A stretch of 62,875 bases of DNA, from positions 1-62,875 of IMG/VR virus record IMGVR_UViG_3300015245_000040; one strand, 5' to 3'. This DNA is from a virus. Lineage: Duplodnaviria; Caudoviricetes. Below the pieces are notes generated by a model. It was not told the origin of the DNA, ran no database searches, and saw nothing but the letters and a program-made list of their open reading frames with translations. Positions 27,869 to 38,764 of the stretch are shown here, one piece after another; within the stretch, counting starts at the first letter, position 1; each line of letters begins with the position of its first letter. A program made the translations under genes and the position numbers.

Positions 27869-28135
27869 TCACTCTTCTTTATCGATGCTACGTTTCATAA
27901 GATCATACATTCTATATATCTTAGACCTTAAAATATCAATGGGGTTTATAGCACTAAGCATATCAAGACCTGATATTTTATTAGACACTGATGGAAACCC
28001 TCGACCTAATTGAGTCTTACCTATTATCAGGATATACAGTGCGTCTTCATTTGGTAGGTGTTCTACATGTACTCTAACCGGAAGATCAACAAATATCTCA
28101 CTTACTTCTTTTTCTATCTCTTCCGTTGTATACAT
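27869..28135 (-). CDS. Hypothetical protein
   Basis: 88-aa ORF. Confidence 0.55.
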   Translation of the reverse strand: MYTTEEIEKEVSEIFVDLPVRVHVEHLPNEDALYILIIGKTQLGRGFPSVSNKISGLDMLSAINPIDILRSKIYRMYDLMKRSIDKEE

Positions 28136-28178
28136 CTACTTACCTCAATGTGTTGGCACAAAAATAGGTTTCAATACT

Positions 28179-28910
28179 CTACTCATCAATAATACCCTCA
28201 ACTGATTGAGATATAGCTAATTTTGTTATCTGACCGCATATTCTATTTGAACTTGCAAGGGATTCAACACCACTTAAATCTAATCTAACCATCCTTCTAG
28301 TTGAATTCCTCTCAGTAAACATAACATCAATCAACTTCTCAGGATCGGCCTTAGCCCAATGCTTCCGTAGATTTGATTTTGGGGGTAACCTTTCTATCTT
28401 GCAAAGGTCTTCAGCTTTCTTATCATACAATCCAAGATACAGTCTGTTAGTAATATAACCAAAATCTCTAGGATTAACTGCCCCCCGTTTTTTCAATTCG
28501 GTAGTATGATCATTTCTTTCTTTAATGCTTGTCACCCTAATAATATGTTTATCTTCATCACTATAATAATACTGTTGTGATCTATTACCATTTTTCCATT
28601 CAATAAATACCGTAATAACACCATGAGTTAGTTCTTGAGCCTTTTCAGTTTTTAATAAAGAACAAAGACGAATTGCTTGCCCTTCATTCAACCAATACTC
28701 TTTGGTTGAATGAATAGCACCATTACCACCACTGATATGTGCCTTCACCAACGGCACCGTTCCATAACGTCTCAAATCATTCAGATTTGCCTCTATAATT
28801 TGCCTAATCCTTCTTGGACGACCCATACCGGCTTTTTCACCAAGAATTGTATCTTTAATGCGTGGCTCGTCATTGAAAACTGTGAGATCTTTAATCTGAA
28901 ACATTTTCAA
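28179..28910 (-). CDS. Antirepressor-like DNA-binding protein
   Basis: EPRIKD..LGE..G..RPR.IRQII...EYWLNEGQA pattern. Confidence 0.6.
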   Translation of the reverse strand: MKMFQIKDLTVFNDEPRIKDTILGEKAGMGRPRRIRQIIEANLNDLRRYGTVPLVKAHISGGNGAIHSTKEYWLNEGQAIRLCSLLKTEKAQELTHGVITVFIEWKNGNRSQQYYYSDEDKHIIRVTSIKERNDHTTELKKRGAVNPRDFGYITNRLYLGLYDKKAEDLCKIERLPPKSNLRKHWAKADPEKLIDVMFTERNSTRRMVRLDLSGVESLASSNRICGQITKLAISQSVEGIIDE

Positions 28911-28916
28911 TCATCC

Positions 28917-31763
28917 TCAATGTGTTGATTTTTGTCTACGAGCTGCGGCACGTTGTTGTTGCAACTTAATCTGAGCCAATTTATGCTGTTGTTGTGCTTG
29001 TGTCATCGTATGTTGATGTTGTTGCCTCTGCTGAGCCATTGTTTGCTCATGCTCGCGCTTCTTCTGTTCAAACTCATGCTCTTGTAATTGACGCTCACGT
29101 TCCCTTTGCTCTGCTTCCATGCTCATCTTGTGATGATCAATGGCCCCCGCCACAAACTGCTCTTGTTGGTCATATGATCTATCAAGTGCATGATCTTGCT
29201 GATCAACCATAGTCTGATGCTGAGTTGTTTGTGATTTAATTGATTCCTGCTTTAGCTCATTATCAGCCTTTGCCTTCTCAATCTGTAGTCTTATTAATTC
29301 AATCTGAAGTTCTAACTTTCTCATTTCTGCATCAATTTGTTTCTGATTAGTATCAGCCTGTGAGTTAGCCAGTTCCCCTTGATTTTCAAGCTGTTGTCTC
29401 TGCAACTCAGCTTGAGCCTGTTGTTGATCAGTCTTAGCCTTCATCTGACTTGATTGTATATCAGCTTGAGCCTTAGCCTTGACCGCTTCCAACTTCATCT
29501 GCTCTGGATTAGGTTGTTGTGAAGCCATCTGTTGATGACGTTTAGCCGCTACTATCGCTTCATCACAGAAATCTTCAATAGCCTGTTCCAATTCCCTTCC
29601 TACATTAAAGCCCCTGACACCAAACTGAAGGAACTTACCTAATAAAGGGGCTGCTTCTGGCATTTGGGCTGAAATCTGCATAGCCTGAGACATAAACTGA
29701 GTTACTGAGGCAATAAACGCAGTCCTATCACCTTTTTCCTGTTCCCTATCTGCATAGATCGTAGACTCAACCTCAATCTCAACCCTGAAGCCCAATAACT
29801 TCTCATTCCTGATTAATTGAATTGATTTAATGATCCTCTCCAACCCCTTGATCTTATCAAGCATCTCAGGGGTGATTGGAGGCTGTTGTGGAGGCATTGG
29901 GCCTTGAAAACCCATACCTGGACGTGGGGGCATTCCTTGTGGAAGTTGCCCTGGTACCCCTGATTGAAAGGGTTGGCCAGGAGGCATTCCTTGAGAGGTT
30001 CCCATACCCGGTGGGGGCATACCCATTGGACCTGGTGGTCTTGGTGGCTGTGGCCCACCTTGAGGGGACTGTCCAAGGGGTGGCATACCCGGCGGTCCAG
30101 GGGGCGCGGATGATGGTCCTGGTGGTTGTGATCCATCTGAGGGGTTCCCCATCCCAGGGGGCAGAAGTTGCTTTAAGGGGTCAGGTTCAGTCACATCCAT
30201 AGTGCCTAAACCCTGCTCATACAGAGCCCCTGAAACATCAATAAGGGATTGAGAACTAAAATGCTGACACATAATATCAGCCATTATTCTCAACGTATCC
30301 CTAGCAAACCGGGCTATTTCATTCTGCCTATGCTGAAGCCTAGTTCCTGATGCGTTTGATTTGAGCCTTTGACCCCCTAAGGTCTCCCTGGCATCTGAAG
30401 TTCCTCTCATAATATCATTGATACCAGTAAGCCGGTCCATTTCAGCAATGGCTTGTTCTTTTATTTTTGTTAATTCTTCAATAACACCCATAATTTCTTT
30501 GAGTGGAATAAAACTCAGGTTACCAGCAACACCACCTTTCTCAGCAAAAGCAGCCCAGTCATCAACTGGAATCATTTCATTTTCAACAGACTCATTGAAG
30601 AGCCTTTGAATACCTTTAGCAGCAGCATTATAGACGCCAGCCACTTTACAAGCCTTAGCCAGCATCGCTATACGTTGGGTCAATTCATCAATCTGAATTG
30701 CCTGATCTTGGTATTGAATAAAATCAGGAACAGGAACTAAGGTATTATTAGTTACATTTGAGTAAAGTGGCTTAGGGCACGGAAAGAAATTCTCAAGTTT
30801 CAGGGGATCATCTTTACGATCACAAAGGTATTGATAACCTTCAGCCACCCAAATAACTTCTTGATGGGTGCGATCCCAGATCTCATAAATCTGAGCCTTC
30901 TCATCTATCTCATGTCCTTGAGATGTATCCTCTTGACGCCTTGTTTTTCTATCATCTTTTTGAAAAGGTATAGCCTTACCAATCTTACTGCCAAACCTGC
31001 GCTTCATCTGATCACGGGTCATGTAAACCCGTTTACCTACAGCCGTCACCTCTTTCCAAGTTCTAGCCCTATTTGGAAAGGTATAAAAATCAGTCCACTG
31101 TACAAAGTCAACAGGGGTTGACTCCCTGGTAACCCTATCACCAGTTTCCCTCAACTTCATTTCTGATTCTGAATCGTCTTCCCCCTCAATGTCACCCATT
31201 GCATCAGATTGATCCATTTCATCATCATTGGGAATAGACATGCCCTCACCAAATTCAGGCTCATATCTAACCCATACTGATCCCCGTCCTGATAATAAAT
31301 AATCAAGCAATGACTGACGTATTGCTTCATCAAATCCATTAATCTCAATCTCATTTCTAAGACCCCGCTCAAGCATCTGAGCAGCACCTCTGCCTACTGG
31401 ATCCTTATCATTAAACCTGCGCTCACAAACAGGAACAGGTTGCTTACCATATAAAGCAGGGATCAATATCTGAACATTAGCCCAGAGAGCATTATAATGA
31501 CGCTGACCATCTTCATCAGTGCGATTACGCTCATCCCGGTAACGCTTTTCAATAGTGGTGCCACGCTTCAGCCAGCGTTTAAATTCCTTGTCATCATCAA
31601 CCTGAATAATCTGTTGAAGCCAGAATGACGCCAACCTACGCCCCACAGCCTCCCCATCGGGGCCAGCCAATTTATCAAGTTCAGGCTCCGGATATGACTT
31701 CCTACGGTCGTCATCCCGCTCTTCTGAATCTTCACGTGGTCTTGTATATCCAGGTGCTGCCAT
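28917..31763 (-). CDS. Portal protein
   Basis: Follows terL; YNALWANVQIL, FFPCPKPLY, TGINDIMRG, FRVEIEVEST; long coiled-coil C-terminus. Confidence 0.85.
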   Translation of the reverse strand: MAAPGYTRPREDSEERDDDRRKSYPEPELDKLAGPDGEAVGRRLASFWLQQIIQVDDDKEFKRWLKRGTTIEKRYRDERNRTDEDGQRHYNALWANVQILIPALYGKQPVPVCERRFNDKDPVGRGAAQMLERGLRNEIEINGFDEAIRQSLLDYLLSGRGSVWVRYEPEFGEGMSIPNDDEMDQSDAMGDIEGEDDSESEMKLRETGDRVTRESTPVDFVQWTDFYTFPNRARTWKEVTAVGKRVYMTRDQMKRRFGSKIGKAIPFQKDDRKTRRQEDTSQGHEIDEKAQIYEIWDRTHQEVIWVAEGYQYLCDRKDDPLKLENFFPCPKPLYSNVTNNTLVPVPDFIQYQDQAIQIDELTQRIAMLAKACKVAGVYNAAAKGIQRLFNESVENEMIPVDDWAAFAEKGGVAGNLSFIPLKEIMGVIEELTKIKEQAIAEMDRLTGINDIMRGTSDARETLGGQRLKSNASGTRLQHRQNEIARFARDTLRIMADIMCQHFSSQSLIDVSGALYEQGLGTMDVTEPDPLKQLLPPGMGNPSDGSQPPGPSSAPPGPPGMPPLGQSPQGGPQPPRPPGPMGMPPPGMGTSQGMPPGQPFQSGVPGQLPQGMPPRPGMGFQGPMPPQQPPITPEMLDKIKGLERIIKSIQLIRNEKLLGFRVEIEVESTIYADREQEKGDRTAFIASVTQFMSQAMQISAQMPEAAPLLGKFLQFGVRGFNVGRELEQAIEDFCDEAIVAAKRHQQMASQQPNPEQMKLEAVKAKAQADIQSSQMKAKTDQQQAQAELQRQQLENQGELANSQADTNQKQIDAEMRKLELQIELIRLQIEKAKADNELKQESIKSQTTQHQTMVDQQDHALDRSYDQQEQFVAGAIDHHKMSMEAEQRERERQLQEHEFEQKKREHEQTMAQQRQQHQHTMTQAQQQHKLAQIKLQQQRAAARRQKSTH

Positions 31764-31765
31764 TA

Positions 31766-32452
31766 TTATTCTTTCTTACCGTAATTCTTATTCCACATTT
31801 CTTCCTGATACAATCTATCAGCCTTACGTTCAGAGGTCTCAGGCAACTTCATTTTTAGATCACCTGTTGAATCTTCCCTTGATGCTAATCCCCACCTGGC
31901 TCCACTAGTCCTATCACCAGTAACTGTCCTAGCATAGGGATATTGTTGCTGAAGACTTCTCAGTAAACTTCTCATATCTGAAGTGCCAAAAACATGAGCA
32001 GAATTATTTGCTTGAGCGGCCCTATTTGTAAATGGTAATGGACTTCCTTCATCAGCTCCAATACTAGAAATATGAATATTATCAGTCCTTGGGTCATGAA
32101 TTAGTTCTACCCTACCAACAGATCCAACCATAGGTTTAGTATCATCTAATATGTCATGATCATAAGTAGTTTTTCCAGTCTTTCTATTATAAAACTTATT
32201 AGCAGGTTTAGATAAAAACAAAGCGGCAAGATAAGGACTCATTTTACCTGCCAAAGCAGTAGCCCCTTTTGCTACAATAGGACCGGCTGCCCCTAAAGCA
32301 TAAGGCCATAAATCTGAAGCAGCAGATCCTTGGTCTGGTTTTGTTTCTCGAGTAGGAGCTTGAGATGATACACCCTTTAACTGATCTGATATCAGTTTAT
32401 TTATCTGATCAGGGTCTTGTCCAGGGAATAGGTCTGAGTAATCTTCTGGCAT
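31766..32452 (-). CDS. Hypothetical protein
   Basis: 228-aa ORF between terL and portal. Confidence 0.65.
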   Translation of the reverse strand: MPEDYSDLFPGQDPDQINKLISDQLKGVSSQAPTRETKPDQGSAASDLWPYALGAAGPIVAKGATALAGKMSPYLAALFLSKPANKFYNRKTGKTTYDHDILDDTKPMVGSVGRVELIHDPRTDNIHISSIGADEGSPLPFTNRAAQANNSAHVFGTSDMRSLLRSLQQQYPYARTVTGDRTSGARWGLASREDSTGDLKMKLPETSERKADRLYQEEMWNKNYGKKE

Positions 32453-34104
32453 TATTTTATTCTGGCTCGGCTTGTGAACCTAATCCTATCTTGTTTATTC
32501 TCACTTGCGGCAAAAACGTCATCTAAAGAAACATTACAAACATTAGGGTCAGTTGAGAGGATCTTAGGACGTTCCTCTTCTGGTGATTTATATGGACTGC
32601 CGGAAATCATTCGGTCCAATATCTGGCCCACGAGTCCTATTGCGTCGACTGCGTCATCATTCTTACCAGCAGGGAAAGTAAGCATTTCACGTCTTAATTC
32701 AGCGTACCACGGTTTCCTGCTGGGAAAGTAAACCTTAAGCATAGCCATTCTTCCGCGAATTGATTGAGCACGTATAGATTTATCACCACGGGTGGGGAAC
32801 TGTGCCCTGGCTATATACAGCCCACGCTCCATAAGCCTTTTATGAATAAAGGGGCCAACACCTGCCCTGATCTGCCCTGACTCCTCAGCCCAACCTAAGG
32901 GTCTCCATTCTTTAACTAAGTCACAAAATGCCTCAACCCATTTATCAGATGAAGTCCTATTACGCCAAAGGTCTAGAATAAAAACATTATTATCTGGATC
33001 TACTCCAGCCACAATATGCACTGTATAATCCCCATCCCCACTAGTTACTGCATAGTCACTAGCCCCATAAATACGCAAAGATTCACGGTGAGGAACTGGA
33101 GTACGGGTTCCTTCACCATATTCCATAAACCAAGAGGATTCGAAAAAGTTACCAGTCTCAGGGGCAGGTCTTTGTTGATAAAGAGCTGACCAAGCCCGTG
33201 CTGTAGCAGGGTTGGTCTGTAATGGTATATAATCTTCTTGTCTGAAGTACTCAGGCCAAAGCCATTCACCGTGATTTCTACCTAGAGGATCATCATCCCT
33301 CTCGCAGACCATTGGTAGACAAACTACATACCAATCATAACCATCCTGTCCTTTAATCCAACCCGATTCACCATTATAATTTACTGGCAAAATGCGTCCA
33401 GGTGGATCATCTTCATGCCACCTAGTGTTGATTCCTACCTCCCATGCACCTGGTTTTTTACGTGTCCTCAATGAGTTAACATACTCATCCCATGTTCTAT
33501 CACGTATCAATTTAGAATCAGCATCTTGTCTGCCTTTAATCAAATCATCCCATACAACACCATCAGCACGGTTACCAGTAATACCTGATAGTATACCAAC
33601 AGCCTTCCATTCTGATCCATTAGTCAAGGTCCATTCATCAGCAGCAGCACTATCAGGTGATAGCTCTGTCCCAAAGATACGTTTATATAAAGGTTGCCTG
33701 ACAATAGACCTAGCCCACCTACCTTGCTTCTTAGGTAGATCGCTACCATAACCAGTTACAATAACTGTCTTATTAGAAAATCTACCCATAAAATGGGTGG
33801 GAAAACATACTGAAGAATAGAGACTTTTTGCTGATCCTGGAGGCATTAATCCCAGAAGCCTTGATATCTTTCCATCTTCTACATCTTGAAGACACTTCAA
33901 CCACAAAAGATGGTGAGCACCAAAAGCCTTAGGTATTGGTACGAAACGTTCTTTTTCTTCTTCATCAGAATCAGCAGGACGGGTTGGAATATCAATTATA
34001 GAAGCATAAGTTAATAAATCATTCTTAGCCCTAAACCTCTTCCGACGTTCAGTCTGTAGATCCCTCAGTTCCCCTGATAGTCTCTGTACTTCTGCTGAAG
34101 GCAT
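32452..34104 (-). CDS. terL: Terminase large subunit
   Basis: MPPGSAKS Walker A, VVWDD Walker B, TRWHEDD, LYQQRP, ASDYA, FPAGKNDDAVD. Confidence 0.95.
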   Translation of the reverse strand: MPSAEVQRLSGELRDLQTERRKRFRAKNDLLTYASIIDIPTRPADSDEEEKERFVPIPKAFGAHHLLWLKCLQDVEDGKISRLLGLMPPGSAKSLYSSVCFPTHFMGRFSNKTVIVTGYGSDLPKKQGRWARSIVRQPLYKRIFGTELSPDSAAADEWTLTNGSEWKAVGILSGITGNRADGVVWDDLIKGRQDADSKLIRDRTWDEYVNSLRTRKKPGAWEVGINTRWHEDDPPGRILPVNYNGESGWIKGQDGYDWYVVCLPMVCERDDDPLGRNHGEWLWPEYFRQEDYIPLQTNPATARAWSALYQQRPAPETGNFFESSWFMEYGEGTRTPVPHRESLRIYGASDYAVTSGDGDYTVHIVAGVDPDNNVFILDLWRNRTSSDKWVEAFCDLVKEWRPLGWAEESGQIRAGVGPFIHKRLMERGLYIARAQFPTRGDKSIRAQSIRGRMAMLKVYFPSRKPWYAELRREMLTFPAGKNDDAVDAIGLVGQILDRMISGSPYKSPEEERPKILSTDPNVCNVSLDDVFAASENKQDRIRFTSRARIK

Positions 34105-34115
34105 TAATTACACTA

Positions 34116-34766
34116 TCAATTATATCTACTTTTATCAGTAGGTGGCTCTTCATCATCTTTTTCAGGGATAGGAGCTTGATGAGTAACCTTCTCAATTCTG
34201 TTTAAAGTTTCTGTTATTCTCTGGTCAAGATCACGGGAATCTAAATCCTTAACCGGGGCATCCATATTAGCATTCATATTGATATTAGTAGCGGCTGCCT
34301 TACCATAACCACGATCTAAGATAACATTAGCAGCCGTTATTTTAGCAGTATCGTTGGCTTCTGGACTATTAAGAATATTAACCAAAGCCTGCATTGCATC
34401 CAATGCATACTGTCGTGCTAAATCTTGAATATCACGGGCTTCAGTAGCAACATTTTTCTTTCTGAGGACACCCATCTGAACTTCCCTAATTGTTTTTAAC
34501 CGTCTACGCCTATGTTCAATATAAGGCTTTTGTAATTCAGGGCCGCCAAGACCAGCATGACGCTTAATCCTATGACCATGAACTGAAGGATCGGGCTTAT
34601 CTGAAAACAGACTTTTCTGATTACAAGTGCCCTTCAATCCAGGGAAGGGCACTGGATTCTTCTTTAATTCTTTTTTATAATTTCTTTTAAGGGGAGTCCA
34701 TTTAAGCAAATCACGGTCTTCATAGCCCTGAAAATTCTTATTAACTTTATATTGTCCTGGTTTCAT
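34116..34766 (-). CDS. Putative terminase small subunit
   Basis: Directly upstream of terL; AANVILDRGYGK motif. Confidence 0.65.
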   Translation of the reverse strand: MKPGQYKVNKNFQGYEDRDLLKWTPLKRNYKKELKKNPVPFPGLKGTCNQKSLFSDKPDPSVHGHRIKRHAGLGGPELQKPYIEHRRRRLKTIREVQMGVLRKKNVATEARDIQDLARQYALDAMQALVNILNSPEANDTAKITAANVILDRGYGKAAATNINMNANMDAPVKDLDSRDLDQRITETLNRIEKVTHQAPIPEKDDEEPPTDKSRYN

Positions 34767-34856
34767 CTCTCATCTCTAAAGTTATTTTTTGTCCCCTTGA
34801 ATAAAATTCTTATAATTCCTATAGTAATTATAAAGATAATTTTTATCTTTTCAAGA

Positions 34857-35432
34857 CTATTTAGACGCCATAGTTCTGGATGAAGTATGACTCTTTTTCT
34901 TCTGTGCCTTCCCACTCATTAGTGCCTCAAGATGTTCCAATAACTCAGTATCATGTTCATCTTTGTATGGTTCCAAGTCCAGGTCCGAGGGGATTTTAGT
35001 TAATTTCTCATGAGCATCAGCTTTGATATAAGGATCAAAAGCCCTTTGATAAACACCCCACCAACCAGGGCCTATCATCTCCAACACACCACGCCTCTCA
35101 TATGCTGTAGCCAATTGATGGGCATGCTGATAGTGGAAATGCATTTGATCCAGCATTGTCTTTTCAAAAGTTTCATGCCTCATCAAAAACGGTATTGGAT
35201 CTATTTCCCTAGTTTGTCCATCACGCTCCAATTTAATTTTATCTGGAAGATGTTTATCAAAGTAAATTGTATTTCCATCTAAGGAGTACCCTCCAAGGTA
35301 GGGTATCGTGAACTCCTTACTTATCTTCCTTAGCTTATATAGCTCATGCTGGATCGATTCATTTTTCAGATAACGATCCAGCACTTGGGAATTGATACCA
35401 AATCCACCTAAATGTCGGTGACCTGATGACAT
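34857..35432 (-). CDS. Hypothetical protein (possible metal-binding)
   Basis: HExxE and HxHxxA motifs. Confidence 0.6.
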   Translation of the reverse strand: MSSGHRHLGGFGINSQVLDRYLKNESIQHELYKLRKISKEFTIPYLGGYSLDGNTIYFDKHLPDKIKLERDGQTREIDPIPFLMRHETFEKTMLDQMHFHYQHAHQLATAYERRGVLEMIGPGWWGVYQRAFDPYIKADAHEKLTKIPSDLDLEPYKDEHDTELLEHLEALMSGKAQKKKSHTSSRTMASK

Positions 35433-35437
35433 ATTAA

Positions 35438-36364
35438 TCAGACACCCCTAACAAACAAAGCATTAAAAGTCCAATTAGACAAGTCAGTATTATTAAATTG
35501 CTGAAGATAGTCAGTTGTTGAAGCCACTATTTCAAAGTATCCGCTAGCCTCCATCTGACCGTTCCCACCTTGATACATAGAGCTTTGAAGCCAGATAAGT
35601 TTATCACCAGCCTGTATTCCAGGCACACTAATAATACCACTACCATCATTTCCAGTAAATGTTGCACCTACAATTTCAGGTGATGAGGTCACAGAACTTG
35701 TGTGGGGTAAAATAGTCCCTTTTATATTTGTAGCTGCCCAAGCCCACCCAAATCCACTTCCTTCACCTGCCACGTTTAGATTGGCAGTCGCTTGATTAAT
35801 TCCATAACCTGCCGCTGCAGATGTCAGACCTGCATTATTAACAAATATTTGATTCCCATTAAAGCCATTGAAATGATGACCATTCCCATCCGTACACACA
35901 AAACTACCAACATATGCGTCACTAGTAGATGTTATTATTGATGGTATAGTAGGATCACCAGAAGTTCCATTGTTAGTATTAACACTATTAAATGTCGTTG
36001 ATCCACCTGTTTGATCGACACCATATAATGAGATGCCCCCACTTTTAACACTGTCTACAGTACTAGCCCAAGAAACTGATAGCGTTTTATTACCACTCAC
36101 AGGGGCTACTAATCCCCATAATTGGACTAGTGTGACATTAGTAGGATCATTGGCTTGAGCTATCAAAGATAAAGATTGATTAGCCCCTGTTAGGTCCCAA
36201 GTCACACTAATTCCAGTTGGTTGACTATAAGTAGACCATCCAAAATTAAGGGAATAAACTAAAGCCCTATTTATCCCCGTACCAATTGTTAATGAAGTAT
36301 CAGTAAACGAAGATACATTATTGTTTAAACCTCCAAATGAAGTTGCATCAAGATCGACTGCCAT
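35438..36364 (-). CDS. Putative virion beta-rich protein
   Basis: Ser/Thr/Gly-rich; WGLVAPxSG and YGVDQT motifs. Confidence 0.6.
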   Translation of the reverse strand: MAVDLDATSFGGLNNNVSSFTDTSLTIGTGINRALVYSLNFGWSTYSQPTGISVTWDLTGANQSLSLIAQANDPTNVTLVQLWGLVAPVSGNKTLSVSWASTVDSVKSGGISLYGVDQTGGSTTFNSVNTNNGTSGDPTIPSIITSTSDAYVGSFVCTDGNGHHFNGFNGNQIFVNNAGLTSAAAGYGINQATANLNVAGEGSGFGWAWAATNIKGTILPHTSSVTSSPEIVGATFTGNDGSGIISVPGIQAGDKLIWLQSSMYQGGNGQMEASGYFEIVASTTDYLQQFNNTDLSNWTFNALFVRGV

Positions 36365-37526
36365 ATTTTATCTCCAATTCTTTCACAATATCATTGATGA
36401 CTGGATCCCAATCATCACGTTCCCTCTGTCTGAAAATTCTCATTGAAGGGTACCACGGACTAGAGTCATTCCAAGAACAATCAGGTCGTTTTGCCATAAA
36501 CTGCCAACCATAAGAATAATCAGATAACATTAACCAAACCTGCTTCCCCATTGAAGCAGCCAAATGTGCTACACTTGTATCTATACTAATCAACAAATCT
36601 AAATTTTCAATCAGAGCTGCCGTTTCTGCCCAATTCAACAATCTTTCATCTTTTGGTAGGACATCTGCAATCAGATTATTGACAAGTCTAGTTGGACCTG
36701 CCTGTACAGCAACAAATCTACATGGATCTATTTCAATGATTGGCTTAAGTAGATCAAATACTATTGATTTTCTATAAAGGTAACGTTCTTTCCATTGCCC
36801 TGACTTAGGCCCAGTTGACCAACAAATTCCTATTTTATTTTTACAAGATTTGTATTTCTTAACTAATTCAGAATCAGATTTAATATAAGGTCCAGACCAG
36901 GGAATTGTATCTAATTCAGTTTGTAATACATAAGGTAGATCATCTGTTGGTAGGTGATAATCAAAGTCTGATACACCAGTTGTACCTGGATAGTCAGTAG
37001 CCAATTGAATTACCTCAATATCATGAAATGAATCCCTAGCAAGTTTTACTGCCCCTGCTTTTGCTTCATACCTAACTGTGTAACCTTTTTCTACAAGTAA
37101 TGGCAAATAACGCATTAAGCAGATATTATCACCTTCACCAGAAGTGGAGTGGATATGCACAACTGCCGGAGGTGGTTGATTTATGAATAATGATTTCCCA
37201 TTGAATCTTTTGATGTCTTGCCCTAAGATTGTTTTAGTATCTAGTTTCGCCTGGAATGATTGTTCCCATCCCTCTCTACAGAGTCCTATAGAAGACATGG
37301 AAGATGATAAATAAAACCTGAGTAGTGAATTATTACCGTCATTTATTTCTAATAATGGACTTAATAGTTCTATTGTTTTTTCATGATCTCCTTTAGCAAA
37401 GGCAATTAATGCTTTAATAATTAAAACATCATTAAATAAGTTCGGATCAGTCATAGAATTACTGATCCGAACTGCTTCATCGAATTTTTCTAATTCTATT
37501 AATGAGAGGACATGTTCTAAAGACAT
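36348..37526 (-). CDS. TPR plus glycosyltransferase family 9-like protein
   Basis: GEGDxI...RY, IGICWS, TAALIENLDLLISIDTSVAHLAASMG, SPWYPSMRIFRQ. Confidence 0.85.
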   Translation of the reverse strand: MSLEHVLSLIELEKFDEAVRISNSMTDPNLFNDVLIIKALIAFAKGDHEKTIELLSPLLEINDGNNSLLRFYLSSSMSSIGLCREGWEQSFQAKLDTKTILGQDIKRFNGKSLFINQPPPAVVHIHSTSGEGDNICLMRYLPLLVEKGYTVRYEAKAGAVKLARDSFHDIEVIQLATDYPGTTGVSDFDYHLPTDDLPYVLQTELDTIPWSGPYIKSDSELVKKYKSCKNKIGICWSTGPKSGQWKERYLYRKSIVFDLLKPIIEIDPCRFVAVQAGPTRLVNNLIADVLPKDERLLNWAETAALIENLDLLISIDTSVAHLAASMGKQVWLMLSDYSYGWQFMAKRPDCSWNDSSPWYPSMRIFRQRERDDWDPVINDIVKELEIKYGSRS

Positions 37527-37573
37527 TTATATTATTCAACGATATCTGTGACCTGAGCTCAAGATAACAAACC

Positions 37574-38104
37574 TTAGGACTTACCTCTAGAACCCAAACG
37601 ATGGGCATTTCTGTGCCCACTCATCCTGAGTGGCCCACAATGTTCTGATGGGGCATGTCCAAAACCATGACTTCCAGATACTGAACCTTCACGGAACATG
37701 TGTGCCTTACCGGTAGATTCAGGGTGATGTTCGGCCCTGGCTGTAGCTGCACCATGCATGGCATTGGCCTTTGACCCCACATGACCAAGGGGATTTGAAC
37801 TCTCACCATGCAGCTCCCCATCCCAGTTAAAAGGACGGTGATCCGACTTGTTGCCTACAGCCTCACCTGACTTACCATGAAAGTTCATGCTATGAGCATC
37901 ATTCTGATAGCCACGCTTGACTGTGCCATGACCTTCTACCCCATCACGGGCAATAGCATGTGCTGCATGGGGGGTAGAATTATTACGACCTGGACCTGCT
38001 GTATCACCAAGGGACTTCTGACCCTTGCCATGCCCACCATGCGCTGATTTATCATAAGTTCCATCACCAGAACCAATAATCTTATGTGTAGGTTGACTAA
38101 CCAT
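37574..38104 (-). CDS. His/Gly-rich low-complexity protein
   Basis: AAAGGA RBS before ATG 38104. Confidence 0.65.
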   Translation of the reverse strand: MVSQPTHKIIGSGDGTYDKSAHGGHGKGQKSLGDTAGPGRNNSTPHAAHAIARDGVEGHGTVKRGYQNDAHSMNFHGKSGEAVGNKSDHRPFNWDGELHGESSNPLGHVGSKANAMHGAATARAEHHPESTGKAHMFREGSVSGSHGFGHAPSEHCGPLRMSGHRNAHRLGSRGKS

Positions 38105-38105
38105 A

Positions 38106-38291
38106 TCATTTCTTCCTTTTAGGTTTAGATTGACCGGATTCACTTAATGAAATTGCAATGGCTTGTTTCTGCGAACGAACTATGGGACCCTTTTTACTTC
38201 CCGAATGAAGTTTCCCTGCTTTCCACTTATCCATCTCTGTTTTTACAACTTTTTGTTTCTGTGCCTTTGTTCGGGTAGGTCCTACTGGCAT
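38106..38291 (-). CDS. Small basic protein (DUF6496-like)
   Basis: MxxWKAGKLHSGSKKGPIVRSQKQAIAISLSE. Confidence 0.75.
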   Translation of the reverse strand: MPVGPTRTKAQKQKVVKTEMDKWKAGKLHSGSKKGPIVRSQKQAIAISLSESGQSKPKRKK

Positions 38292-38292
38292 A

Positions 38293-38502
38293 TCAATCCC
38301 AATCACCATAAGAATGAAATCTATAAGGTCTGTAAGTATGATAGAAGTAATGATATGGGGGGTAATACTTATATACCTGATAACCATCACGGAAACCATC
38401 ATGCCAAGATCTATGATAACCCTGATGATAATCATAGCATTGTGCCTGAGCAGCCATTGGTAGAATTACTACCAACACAATCAAACCTATTAAATATTTC
38501 AT
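38293..38502 (-). CDS. Small secreted Tyr/His-rich protein
   Basis: AAAGGAG RBS; signal peptide ending AQA. Confidence 0.6.
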   Translation of the reverse strand: MKYLIGLIVLVVILPMAAQAQCYDYHQGYHRSWHDGFRDGYQVYKYYPPYHYFYHTYRPYRFHSYGDWD

Positions 38503-38506
38503 TGGA

Positions 38507-38764
38507 TCACTCCTTTGATATATTGGTAGCAAAATGCCCTTTAAGACCTTGATTGACCACACATAATACCTTGTCACCCTCCTGAATAGTCTCAAGCCCC
38601 GACTTTTGAAGTTGCTGTTTATGCATGAAGACATCGTTAGGATAACCTTCACACTGTATAAACCCAAATCCCTTGGTATCATTAAACCATTTGCAAACCC
38701 CCCGTACTTTAACTACTTTATTGAGCTTGGAAGTATCATTAGGTGCGCTATTAGTATCACTCAT
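38507..38764 (-). CDS. Cold-shock domain protein
   Basis: GVCKWFNDTKGFGFI and DVFMH (RNP1/RNP2). Confidence 0.92.
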   Translation of the reverse strand: MSDTNSAPNDTSKLNKVVKVRGVCKWFNDTKGFGFIQCEGYPNDVFMHKQQLQKSGLETIQEGDKVLCVVNQGLKGHFATNISKE

